Shown piece after piece: positions 54,450 to 64,000 of a stretch of 64,000 nt of DNA. The DNA is from Cyanidioschyzon merolae (taxonomy: Eukaryota). The position numbers and the translations under genes are program-made. The first letter of the stretch is position 1. Each line of letters starts with the position of its first letter. The stretch is from the NCBI GenBank assembly GCA_000091205.1, contig AP006498.2; one strand, 5' to 3'. The notes beneath the pieces are model-generated. The model was not told the DNA's origin and did not search any database. It saw only the letters and a list, made by a program, of their open reading frames with translations.

Positions 54450-56950
54450 GCCACAGCCGTTCTAAGTCGGACGACGCCGACGGTATCCCGTAGTGGCGGC
54501 AAACGCGCCTTAGACAAATCGTCTCCAACTGACGTGCAGACGCGTCCCCGTCTTTTTCGACCGGCCACCCACTACTGCTTCTAACTTTTTCTTATATAGT
54601 TCGACTTTGAGAGGTTGTCCAACAAAGTTCTCTCTTGTCCACTCTGGAGGTCTCGTCTCCAGCACTGCACATCTCCTGATATTGATGGCGGCATCAAAGT
54701 CACGATTCACGAATTCCATACGTTTCTTGCCATCACTGGGTGTACTTACTAATGCAAGTAGTCCACGAACTTTTGCCCTCCTTTCCATTTGCTCCTCCGT
54801 AAGCGGTCCATACTTTATTATATCTTCAGGGCTCCTCTGGCACTTTTCCATCTCCACTCTCTGAAGTGTACAACCCAGCTCGTGGTGTGTATACGATGTT
54901 CGAAACTCATCTACAGGTATCGTAACGAAACGCCGTGCACACTCCTTGTGCGCTCTCGTCGTTGGAGCTGGTGTACACCCTTTTTGGGTCTTCCAGCGCC
55001 CTGCTCCGTATGCTACGACGAGCCTCTGACTTTCATCCTCCTTCAGGGCGTTCAACTGATTGAAAAAGTTCGCGAACGCCCGCTGTTTCCCACAGTATAG
55101 ATTCATACGCAGACGAGCCCACCGAGGCTTTGTATACTCCTCCCACAGCGCCTCCCAATGAGCAACGCGAACTTTCATGAATTTCAGAAAAGCTTGAAAG
55201 CCCGCTCCTCGGCTCGTCACCTCGCTCATAGCTTCCAAGTGGTCCTTTATTCCTGCATTCCATGTCTCAATTTTCTTCCGCACATTCATTATTCCGGATT
55301 CTCTTTAGTCTCTTGCGCTCGAGAACCTCAGAAGACGCATGTGTTTCTGACGCAAGTTACCGTCAGTACCATCGTCCGCAAGCTTGGATACAGCGATGGA
55401 TATGATATTTGTGTTTCCGGGGTCCGCGCGAACGACAAAGTCGTTTTCCTGCATTTTCTGCGTCGCAGGATCCGCTTGTTTGTTTCCTTCATGTTTCGCC
55501 GAGCGCGAAGCCGAGGGCGGAACTGGACGATCTTTCAACAACCGCAGATAGTGTACACACATGGCTACTCCATCGCTTTCGATCAACCCAGTGAATTCGT
55601 TTTTCTTGCTGACTTTGAGCCCTTTGAAATTGAAGATATTCTTCCAGTACGTCTCGCGGGTTTCGGCGGTGATCTCTGTGCTCCTTACATCGAACTCGGG
55701 ACTGGTCTCAGTCATGATGCCGTAAAGGACGCCGGAGTCGATAGTCACAAAATGTGACTTGATGTTGCCCAACGGAACCACGTTGAAGCGCTCGCCCATT
55801 AGGAACGCCTTCCGTCTCTCCCATTCTTCATTTTTTTCCTCACTCAGCTTCATCTCCGCTTTGCGATCGAGCTCTCGGTCCAAAAACACAAAATACCGTA
55901 GGACGAGACGATCGTATCTTTCCTTATCTTTTTTCAACTCTGATATCTTTTCTGTCGGATTCGCCAGCCCCGAAACTGCACGGTGCTCTTGCATAGCCGC
56001 ACGGATTACAGAAGCTGCATTCGTGATCTCTTTTGACGCCTTCTTGTCGACAAATTCGATCCCATCTACACGCCGGCGATTGTTCGTGATGCCGTTGGTA
56101 ATCGCCCATATCCCTTTGGGAGAGATGCCCGGGATAGAGTGCAAATGCGGCGCGTATCATGAAACGTTCGAGGTTCGTTGTCAAACGATTCTCCAGATTC
56201 GTGAGTCACTTCATCGCCCCATAGTCGTAAATATCCCGGTCATCCCTGTACTGGGTACCCTCGAAGCGGAATTCCGCGAAGTTTTCGTGGAGGGCATGCA
56301 CCCGCTCATTTTCCATCCGCGCTTCCTCTGTACCAAGCATCAGCTGACGAATAAACTTCTTATCGAAAAACTCGTCCGGAATCTCCACCGTTTGCATGTG
56401 CGTCACGTCGCGATACATCTCCCGTACCAAATGCATCAGTCCTGACGACGCCTTGACAATACTCTTGGAGTACGAGTCGACGCGGTTTCTGATAGCGTCT
56501 CGCAACTTTTCCCTGTAGGGATCCTTGATATGGCCATGAAGAAAGGTTTTCACCACCATCTCGTCGTACATTCGTCTTTCTTGCATCCTTCGACGTAGAG
56601 TCTCCCCCCCTTCCCCTTTGGTCCTTCTTCTTTTCCTTTTCTTCTGGACTTGGCACTGTTTTTTGTTTTTTCTGGCAGCCGGCGACACTGGGCCTCCAGG
56701 ATCGTGGACTTGCTTTTTCATCACTTTCCTTTTTTTGTTTGTTTTTGAAAAACAACGCTCTTTGATCCCTTCTGTTATACACAGCAAAAAATCAATCGAG
56801 CATTTTTGCTTGAGGTTTGAAACACAAATGAACTGAAAACTGTACTTTGCTACGACCTCAACGCAAACACAACTTTTACAGCTGAACAAGACGCTTCTGA
56901 TCGCGATTGCGTCTCCCTTCAACGGCGACGGGCGCTTCGTGTCTAATGCC
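54450..56950 (-). mobile_element. Fanzor/TnpB-like transposon, copy C (~2.5 kb)
   Basis: Collinear with copy A end to end. It shares the left-end block (cattagacacgaagcg ... ccgttgaagggagacg) with copy B and the right end (ggcgcgtttgccgccactacgg ... gtcggcgtcgtccgacttagaacgg) with A and B. Confidence 0.8.
54510..56721 (-). pseudogene. Fanzor/TnpB-like nuclease gene of copy C, disrupted
   Basis: Intact N-terminus MKKQVHDPGG ... KKRKRRRTK ... MQERRMYDEMVV. Private TGA at ~56206. The same +1 frame change and TAA as copy A. Intact 259-aa RuvC-II/ZnF/RuvC-III segment (54510-55289). Confidence 0.7.
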
Positions 56951-57809
56951 TGCCAGACAAGGATGTGCGCGTATCGGGCGCACTCTATAGAACAAAGAAC
57001 AGATACTGACCATTAAATCGCCACGAGATAACGATTTCTTTCCCCTCTGCGATAAACGTTGAGACGGGGAAAACTGTCGGTACTTTCGAAAGTTTACCTT
57101 CTAGACGCAAGGTCCCGCGGATTGCACGAGTCTCCCAGGCTCGTGCTTCACGCTCCGCCACTGGCAGGTGCTTTCGTGACATCTGAGCAACTCGTCCGTA
57201 ACGCACTCCACTCTGGGACTTGGAACGGGTAGCCGGCGTCTGGGCGTTGCCCATGATGCAGTGGGCTCCTGGTATATCGCGTTGCGCTGCCGCAGGCACT
57301 AGCTCAGTCTGCGCAGCTTGCAGACTCCTAGAACGACTATGAGCCACGACTCCGTTTCAGGTGAAGCGTTCCTCGGTCCGACGCCCTCGGAGGTATGGCA
57401 AAGCCGTTCAGTCTCCGTGATGCATCGGCATCAGCGATATAACCGCAATTGCGGGTGCTCAAAGCAGGTAATCGGCGCTCGATAGAGCATAAGAATCGAC
57501 CATTACATCCGAAATGATTTATGGGTCATCTAACTTGAGGGTAAGTGCATCATGATGGATGCTTTCCCGAAACCCAACATCCATCCATCCATCCATTCTG
57601 CAATCTGGGATCCATGGTCCACGAAAACGTTTTGTCACTGTAAAAAAATCAGCGCTGCCGCCGTTGCAGAGCGCCTCCAAGTTTCGCCAAAAACTCGTTG
57701 CCAAACGAGCGCTGCTATTGTTCTAGTTTACCGCTGTTGTCGTTGTTGTTGCCGTTGCTGGTAAGATTTCGTTAGGGCGCTGGTGCCTCAAGTTGGCGCC
57801 AACCAGGGC

Positions 57810-59087
57810 ATGTCACTGGGGTCGGCTGGTCGCCCGGACAGCAGAGAGAAAGTGTCTCAGATTGAAGGAAGCGCTATTCTTTTAGTAGGTGCGCGTGGTG
57901 CAGGGAAACGAACCATTCGCTCGATTCTGCTCGGAGCTCCAAGCGCTTCAGCAGTAGATAGCCCCGTCCAGTCAGGTCAGCTGAGCTCGCTCAGACTCTT
58001 CGGGTCGGTTGTGCTTTGCCTCCTGGACTTGGAGCTTCCAATAAGCGTCGAGACTGCGTCACAGCTGCGGGGATTCCTTCGAACCGGCAGGGTACTCTCG
58101 CTGGTCTTCATTGTCGATGTCAGTTCGAGCGAGGGAGCCAGCGCCGACAGGAACTGGATACGGGCGGTGACGGAGCTTACGGTTGCAAAGAACTTGCCCG
58201 CACTGCAGCGATACATCATTCTACACAAAACCGACATGCTGCCAGACGGGTCGGCCGCTGCGCAGCTGCGTCGGCAAGCGCGAGTCTGCTGTGAGGCCGG
58301 CTATCTCGACTCGAGTCGCTGCTTCAGGACGTCCATCTGGGACTCGTCTCTTTACCACGCATGGTCGACCATTGCTCGTTCGCTGGTACCGGACATTGCA
58401 CAAGTCCAGGAGGCGCTGCAAGCGCTCAGCCGGGACCCGTCTGTGCGCCGTATCGTGCTCTTGGAGAGCACCTCTCTGCTCGTGCTCGGGTACGCAGGGG
58501 CGCCTCTGTACGGACGACCATCGCTAGAGACGGAACCGAAAGCGGCTTCATCACCTGTGAGTCGATGGCTTGCCTGGTTCGGTTCAAGTGAGACCCTTCC
58601 TCGTGGGCAGCCTCAGGCTGGGTCAGAGCGTCCTGCCGAGGAACTCGCTGACCCTACCCAGAGCACGAAGCAGCGCAGTCGTTGGCCCTGGCGGAAACTG
58701 GAACGCTGGTCTAGCGCACCGCTACTGGACCGCTCGGAACTCGTGGCGATCTCTGAGCCGTTTCGACTCAAGGATGCCGAGGCGTTCGAAAAAATGAGCC
58801 TCATCCTCAAGCGCCTAAAACTCGCATGTATGCGCACAGGGACCATGTTTCAGATGCTTCGCGTGCGGAAGCAGCACGGTGATGCGCTCCTTGAGGCGTT
58901 TACCCCACATACGTTGATTTTGGTGCATCTTCGCGCGTCGGAAAATAGAGAACAGGAGCAGAAGCGCATTCTTTCTGCGATGCGGGAAACCTTGAAACCA
59001 GCGTATCGTAGTATTGCAAAATTAGAGCACACTGCAGAGGATGTTCCGTGGAGTCTTTCGGACAGTTCCAGAATCGGTGCTTTCTGA
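57810..59087 (+). CDS. RagA/Gtr1-family small GTPase
   Basis: Degenerate P-loop ILLVGARGAGKRT. The RagA/Gtr1 signature CFRTSIWDSSLYHAWSTIARSLVPDIAQVQEAL matches [25 protein letters not shown] of RagA. The C-terminal roadblock-like half is extended. Start set at the first ATG (MSLGSAG); the track starts at GTG 57783. Confidence 0.55.
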   Translation: MSLGSAGRPDSREKVSQIEGSAILLVGARGAGKRTIRSILLGAPSASAVDSPVQSGQLSSLRLFGSVVLCLLDLELPISVETASQLRGFLRTGRVLSLVFIVDVSSSEGASADRNWIRAVTELTVAKNLPALQRYIILHKTDMLPDGSAAAQLRRQARVCCEAGYLDSSRCFRTSIWDSSLYHAWSTIARSLVPDIAQVQEALQALSRDPSVRRIVLLESTSLLVLGYAGAPLYGRPSLETEPKAASSPVSRWLAWFGSSETLPRGQPQAGSERPAEELADPTQSTKQRSRWPWRKLERWSSAPLLDRSELVAISEPFRLKDAEAFEKMSLILKRLKLACMRTGTMFQMLRVRKQHGDALLEAFTPHTLILVHLRASENREQEQKRILSAMRETLKPAYRSIAKLEHTAEDVPWSLSDSSRIGAF

Positions 59088-60024
59088 GAGCGTAGGACCT
59101 GCATGACTCCCGCACGCGCAAGGACTCGGCTTTCTACACGACGTTGCGGCGTTGAAGCGTGACGAACGTTCGTTAGGAACGCGTGCCCCCTGGTGCAGCG
59201 ACTTTTGCTTGATTGTACTTCGGGAAACTTGGTCGCTTCGAAACCAGTTGGCGTTGCCGCTTCCTCCTTACCGAGTGTCAAGCTTTGCATCGTATGTCAG
59301 TGTTGTCGACGAAAGGTTCATGCACCACGTACACATCATGCCGAACCTTACTCCTTAAAGAACAATAGGAAACTGCCGATGCGCGATGTCCATGCAACGG
59401 TTGCCGCTACGCCAGTCCCAGCGAGATGGCCACGCTTTCGCACTAGTTCTTGTGAATTGCATGACAATAAAGGCTTTGCGCACGGCATTTTCTGGAATGT
59501 CGCGCAGGCTGCAATACCTGGGCAATGAAGACGCCCAGCGCGATTCGCGTGCTGCACTCACGCCAGTCGCCTGTGTCCGTAGAAAGCTGTCGATGGGACG
59601 CGCTTTCGCAGTCGGTGGAGGGATACCCGAGTCAGCTCCGTGGAGCCATATCCTTTTCAAGGCATATCCCTCGTGCTTCTCTTTGTCAAGTTTCCACCGG
59701 TCCTGTTCGCAGTTCCGTCGAGCGTCCTCGCGTAGAGCGTCGAGGAAAACGTGCACTCTCCGCGAAATGCTTTTCGAGAAACCCAACGCTCACTGAACCT
59801 GCTGAACGAATCATACGAATATGTATGGAAAGCGTGTGACGGTGAGTCTGCGTGGCCCTAGACCCAGGGCAGTCAGTCATCGTATCCAGGTGTTTTCTGT
59901 GCTGTGGAGACAATGAATTGAACCAGGGAAATCCCGGATGCCTGATATGCGTACCATCACTAGAGCAAAAAACATTCTATGACGATAAAGCGTTTGTATA
60001 CACACAGACCTCCAGATGTTTCCC

Positions 60025-60600
60025 GGCCTTTTTTTGACCGAACCCTCTGATATCCGTTTGGGGTTTTCCCTGCAGACTTCGAGCTTGGGAAGCCACCCAG
60101 CGAATTTAGAGGGTGTCAGGTCCTCAGTCCTCGTCTTTAGCACCACAGATCGTGTGATATTGACTGCACCGTGAAAGTCTGGGGTTCACGAACTCTATGA
60201 GTCTATTGCATCTAAATGAACTCACGTTTGCAGGGATTCCCCTATCTTTTGCACTCTATGACACTAGAGTCTCGTCATTGCCACGTTTGGCAAACATCTG
60301 TTCTCGTCGCTCGTCGGTCTCCCGTTTCCCACTTCTTCTTCTGCTTCGTCAATAGCGCTATATCCCTCTGTTCTCGACGAGACGAGGATTTTTATCGTTT
60401 CTTTTTCAAGCACCCGGCAATGGTAGTCATCCAAGATGTCTGACTTGCATGTCTATACCTTTCCCTTTGATTTTTTATTTCTTCAAATGAATGCACTTTG
60501 AATACATCGGCTATGAGCCGTGGAAAAGCATATGGTGACATGCATCTGGCGTGGAACGCAATTGAGTTGAAATACGATAATCACCCGTGCGTGCATGCAG
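60025..60600 (-). mobile_element. ~0.57 kb non-autonomous Fanzor/TnpB-derived element (family-2 copy)
   Basis: Reverse complement of 60100-60200 encodes EFVNPDFHGAVNITRSVVLKTRTEDLTP (RuvC-III region). Nucleotides 60230-60590 are collinear with 47090-47430 of the 47 kb copy, including the left-end block. Confidence 0.55.
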
Positions 60601-60851
60601 CGCAGATACGAAAAAGGGACGACGACGACGGCGGCGGCGGCGGCGGCGGCGGTATCGAATTCGCAACCGCCTCCATTGCATTTGTTTATCGCGCGACGGA
60701 CGCTCTGTAGCGGAAACAGGTTAGCAACAGGGCGCTCTTGGCCAATATTCGTACGGACCAGGAACAGTTGAATTTGCACAGAAAGCAACAGCACCTGGAA
60801 CTGGACGCCGACTTTCCCGGTTACGGATTGTGAGGCTGCGTCGACTCTGTT

Positions 60852-62246
60852 ATGTCACTGCCGAGGCCATGGGAGAGTACCTGCGCGCTCTCGGGCAACG
60901 GAGTCTCAGCGTACCAAAACGCTACATGGAGCCTGCAACATATCACGCTGACTTTGGCTGCGCCTTCAAATAACCTGATAACCACTCAGTTCGATGACGG
61001 TGGCGAAGGCGGCATACCAGCGGGACACTCGCTCGCGTTCACAACAGCACTCCAGGGTTGGCGACGGGGCTGCGGCCGTGCGCGAGGTGCGCATTCGTTG
61101 GAAACGCTGTTCCCAGAGTGCTACCGACCACAGGGACGACGCGTTTGGCACTTGTATCGTCCTCTGAAGCGTATGCAGAGCGCTGTAGCGTACTCAGCTC
61201 TAACGATGCTTGCTGATCTCTCAGGCGTTTCCGTGCTGCAACGCCGCGCTCGGTGCACCGAAGCCGCGCAGGGTTTTGTGTCATCCACCTGCGCATCGGG
61301 GTTGCAATATTCATCGGGGCTCAACGGCGCTGCCGAGCACAGCTCAACGGCAAGTCACCGAGGCGATGAGGCTCCACGCGAAATTATGTCCAGATTTGTG
61401 TCGACGGTGCTGAAATTGAAGCATCACAAAACATCGCACGCTCTGCTCCCTATTGGGAACAACGGCGTCACATCCGCATCTCTGACCATAGTGCAGCCTG
61501 GTAACTTCGCATCCAACCCATTTCGAACGAGCGCGCGGTCGTTGGTCGTGATCAACCGCCGCAAGACGACTCCGAGCGCCACGGGTGAAACGGCGTCGCC
61601 ACTGGTCGCCTCGGTGCGGACTAGCGGCACGTCTTCCGCGGACGCTTTGCACAGCGGAGGCGGCGTCAGCACACCTATCAGTTCTGCTTACCATTTTCGG
61701 AATGTCCGTTCTATGGCAGCCCGTCGCCGATGGGCGGACCCCTTCTATCGCCATCGTGTTCTTGAGGCCCGGCGGCGGACTCTCAGTCGCAAGCGGCGTG
61801 TCGCTGCGGCGCTCGCCAGGGCAGAAGCCAACCACGATTCGTCTCCTACAGAGGCATCGGCACAGTTGGGTACAAATCAGACTGGCTCCGCTCATGGCAA
61901 ACTCGTCAAGCAAGCAACATCCAAGTGTCGTCGGGCGGGACCCGTCGAAAGCATCACGCTGGTCGATGAGAACCGCGCAAGACAGCTCATTGCTTACGCG
62001 CAGTCGAACGCAAAGCGCTCGGAGAAGCATCGTCAGATGCGAGCCGACCGCATTCACTGGATGAATCAGCGCTTAGCAGCTGGCGAAAAGCAGCGGATGC
62101 GGTTATTCGACCCAGAGTTTAGAGAAGCGCTCCAGCGGCGTCGTCGTGAAATGGCGCTATTACGGCACGCCCGGCAGGGTTCACACGGCGACGATCGAGA
62201 GCGGTGCGTCGAACACGAAAGCACTTGCCCGGGGGATGCCTGCTAA
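60852..62246 (+). CDS. hypothetical basic protein
   Basis: ATG start verified. Arg-rich C-terminal half (RRRWADPFYRHRVLEARRRTLSRKRR ... RQMRADRIHWMNQRLAAGEKQRMRLFDPEFREALQRRRRE). No recognised domain. Confidence 0.3.
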   Translation: MSLPRPWESTCALSGNGVSAYQNATWSLQHITLTLAAPSNNLITTQFDDGGEGGIPAGHSLAFTTALQGWRRGCGRARGAHSLETLFPECYRPQGRRVWHLYRPLKRMQSAVAYSALTMLADLSGVSVLQRRARCTEAAQGFVSSTCASGLQYSSGLNGAAEHSSTASHRGDEAPREIMSRFVSTVLKLKHHKTSHALLPIGNNGVTSASLTIVQPGNFASNPFRTSARSLVVINRRKTTPSATGETASPLVASVRTSGTSSADALHSGGGVSTPISSAYHFRNVRSMAARRRWADPFYRHRVLEARRRTLSRKRRVAAALARAEANHDSSPTEASAQLGTNQTGSAHGKLVKQATSKCRRAGPVESITLVDENRARQLIAYAQSNAKRSEKHRQMRADRIHWMNQRLAAGEKQRMRLFDPEFREALQRRRREMALLRHARQGSHGDDRERCVEHESTCPGDAC

Positions 62247-63071
62247 TCAGGCGCTCGTGCGCTGCGTGCGGCGCGACTGAAGCATCCATACCAAGAGAGA
62301 TAACAAAAGGGAAACTAATATGTTCAAGACCAGGGTCTAAGAGAGCTTTCCAACTCAAGGCATAGGACTGTCAACGTGTCTTCACCGATTTTTTTGCAGC
62401 GTAAAGCATTTTCCGATCCTTGCGCCTCGGCGTGCGCCATAGGAGATACCAGATCTCGAAACTCTTCGTGTAGTCAAATCGACGCACGGTCACGCCATCA
62501 TCAACTAGGTGCCAGATTGCAAACCACTCAGTTTGTTTGCCGCAGCTGGCGGTACCCAAAAGCGCGGCGGGTTAGCGCGCCGCATTTGTTGCCGCGTCTG
62601 GGCGGAACTTGATCGATCAGAGCCCCACAGAATTGCGCTGCCTGCCTATGGCGACGCAGCATCTACTCGGCGGCAATTCAGAAGCCTTTCATGACCCCAG
62701 CGGTAGGCGCAGCGGACCCGGTTGACACGCAAGGCAGGAGACGCCGACGTCTCCGGGGAAGTATCCGCACCATGTTCTTTCAAAATCACAGCAGGCGATC
62801 GAGTCTGTTCCGCGCCCAGCTCGTCAGGCATCTCCAGTTCGTGTATTAACCATCGCACCGTGGCGATATGCGCAAATCCATGAAGCACGTCGCACACTAC
62901 GAGACAAACCGCGGTATCTAGAGCAAATCAAAGCACGTGAGGATGTCGCGAGGGCCATTGCTCTGGAAACCGCTCAGGAACGCTGTGGCGTCCTCGATCA
63001 ACGCATCTTCCATTGATTCAGTAAGGTAGCTAACCATGCTTGTCATTCTCCCACAGCGGATGATACATCGA

Positions 63072-64000
63072 TCAGGATTCCCTGATAGTATCTGGCGACT
63101 TGTCAGGCTTGTCATTAGATGATGTTGCGACCGAGCCATTCGCACCGTTACTCACAGTTTTCGGCAAGCGCTCTCCGCAGATTCGACAGTAGCGCGCATC
63201 CCAGCTGTGCCGCTTCTGGCCGCAGCGCTGGCACTCAACCGGGCGTGCGTTTCGTCCGAAAAAGGCGGCAGGGTCATCGGGTCCATGTTCCGAGCCTCCT
63301 TCTGTTGCGAAAAGCGCCCTTCCCAGTTGACCAAGCTGGAAAGGAATAATGGCAACACCCACGAGAATCGCCAGGGATATCGTCAGTTTTCCAAGCGGCG
63401 TACGTGGTGCTAAATCACCGAGTCCAACCGTCGTCAAACTGACGATGGAGAAGTAGAGTGCATCAAAATATGTTTGGAACTGTGGGTTTGCGCCATGTTC
63501 AGCATCGTATATCAAACCACTCGTTACCCAAATGATGCTGGCGAGCGTGAAAACAATCTGGGCGATTCGAAGTTTGTATTCCGCGTAGGCAGCATCGGCG
63601 CGCCCGAGGAAAAAGCGCCGAAACGTATCCTCCTCGACGAGTCGCTCGAGGCGCAAGATGCGCAGCACGCGCAGCAGCCGCACGAACTGTAGCTCAAAAG
63701 CATCATTCATCAAACCCTGAGCAATCAAAAAGGGGAATATGCTGATAAAATCTAGTAACATGGCTTTCCTCAGGAGGTATCGGGGGTCCAGTCCCTGGGA
63801 ATAAAAACGCAACAGATACTCTATGACGAAAACCCCGGAGATAACTGCCTCAATTCGCACGAAGAGCTCCCGCAACTCTAAGGATAGCTGTGGGAGCGTT
63901 TCCAAAGCGTACAGCGCCGAGACCGTAACGACCATGCCGGTGAGCACCAGCTCGTAGGCCGGCGAGTTGAGGGCCTCGTCAAGGTCTCGAGCAAACGGGA
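63072..64000 (-). CDS. voltage-gated (6TM, Kv-like) cation channel; 5' part runs off the window
   Basis: S4 voltage sensor with Arg at every third position (FVRLLRVLRILRLERL). Pore helix and selectivity-filter-like TTVGLGD. S6 ILVGVAIIPFQL. C-terminal CxxC-x17-CxxC (CQRCGQKRHSWDARYCRICG). The frame stays open to nt 64000, so S1-S3 lie outside the window. Confidence 0.6.
   Translation of the reverse strand, partial: PFARDLDEALNSPAYELVLTGMVVTVSALYALETLPQLSLELRELFVRIEAVISGVFVIEYLLRFYSQGLDPRYLLRKAMLLDFISIFPFLIAQGLMNDAFELQFVRLLRVLRILRLERLVEEDTFRRFFLGRADAAYAEYKLRIAQIVFTLASIIWVTSGLIYDAEHGANPQFQTYFDALYFSIVSLTTVGLGDLAPRTPLGKLTISLAILVGVAIIPFQLGQLGRALFATEGGSEHGPDDPAAFFGRNARPVECQRCGQKRHSWDARYCRICGERLPKTVSNGANGSVATSSNDKPDKSPDTIRES

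Noticed and set aside
52033-54528. First 38 codons (METICLRRVCRHYGIPSASSDLERLW ...) of the M13 peptidase track ORF
   Set aside because: They start at TTG and are translated from the right end and flank of Fanzor copy C. The gene most likely starts at ATG 54414.

Overview
This is a GC-rich (~58%), apparently intron-poor eukaryotic nuclear segment. Host genes mostly read as single uninterrupted ORFs, and the coding strand switches often. The supplied ORF track accepts GTG/TTG starts, so several listed N-termini are artificial; CDS starts were moved to the first ATG where I checked.

Host genes in order:
- Nup62/Nsp1-type FG nucleoporin (runs off the 5' window edge)
- alpha-SNAP
- PPME1-like methylesterase
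- MFS transporter
- SANT/Myb protein
- TPM-domain protein with a twin-arginine-like motif
- imidazoleglycerol-phosphate dehydratase
- two-domain ArsA/GET3 ATPase
- 868-aa orphan protein
- SLC35-like multi-TM transporter
- 14-3-3
- coiled-coil protein
- HeH/LEM-type inner-nuclear-membrane protein
- small secreted protein
- MetAP2
- M13 (neprilysin/ECE) metallopeptidase
- RagA/Gtr1-like GTPase
- basic orphan protein
- 6TM voltage-gated K-channel-like gene (runs off the 3' window edge)

The main discovery is a family of eukaryotic TnpB-like (Fanzor-type) RuvC-nuclease transposons.
- Three ~2.46 kb copies (A, + strand at ~33.3-35.8 kb; B and C, - strand at ~49.1-51.5 and ~54.5-57.0 kb) carry all three RuvC motifs, a K/R-rich NLS and a conserved non-coding 3' tail that is a candidate guide-RNA (omega-RNA) scaffold. 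All three are disabled by shared and private frameshifts or stops.
- Four ~0.6 kb internal-deletion derivatives (left end fused to the last ~430 bp) sit at ~4.0, ~11.8, ~47.0 and ~60.0 kb.
- A degraded endonuclease-less LINE-type reverse transcriptase lies next to copy A.

No rRNA, tRNA or CRISPR array could be supported.
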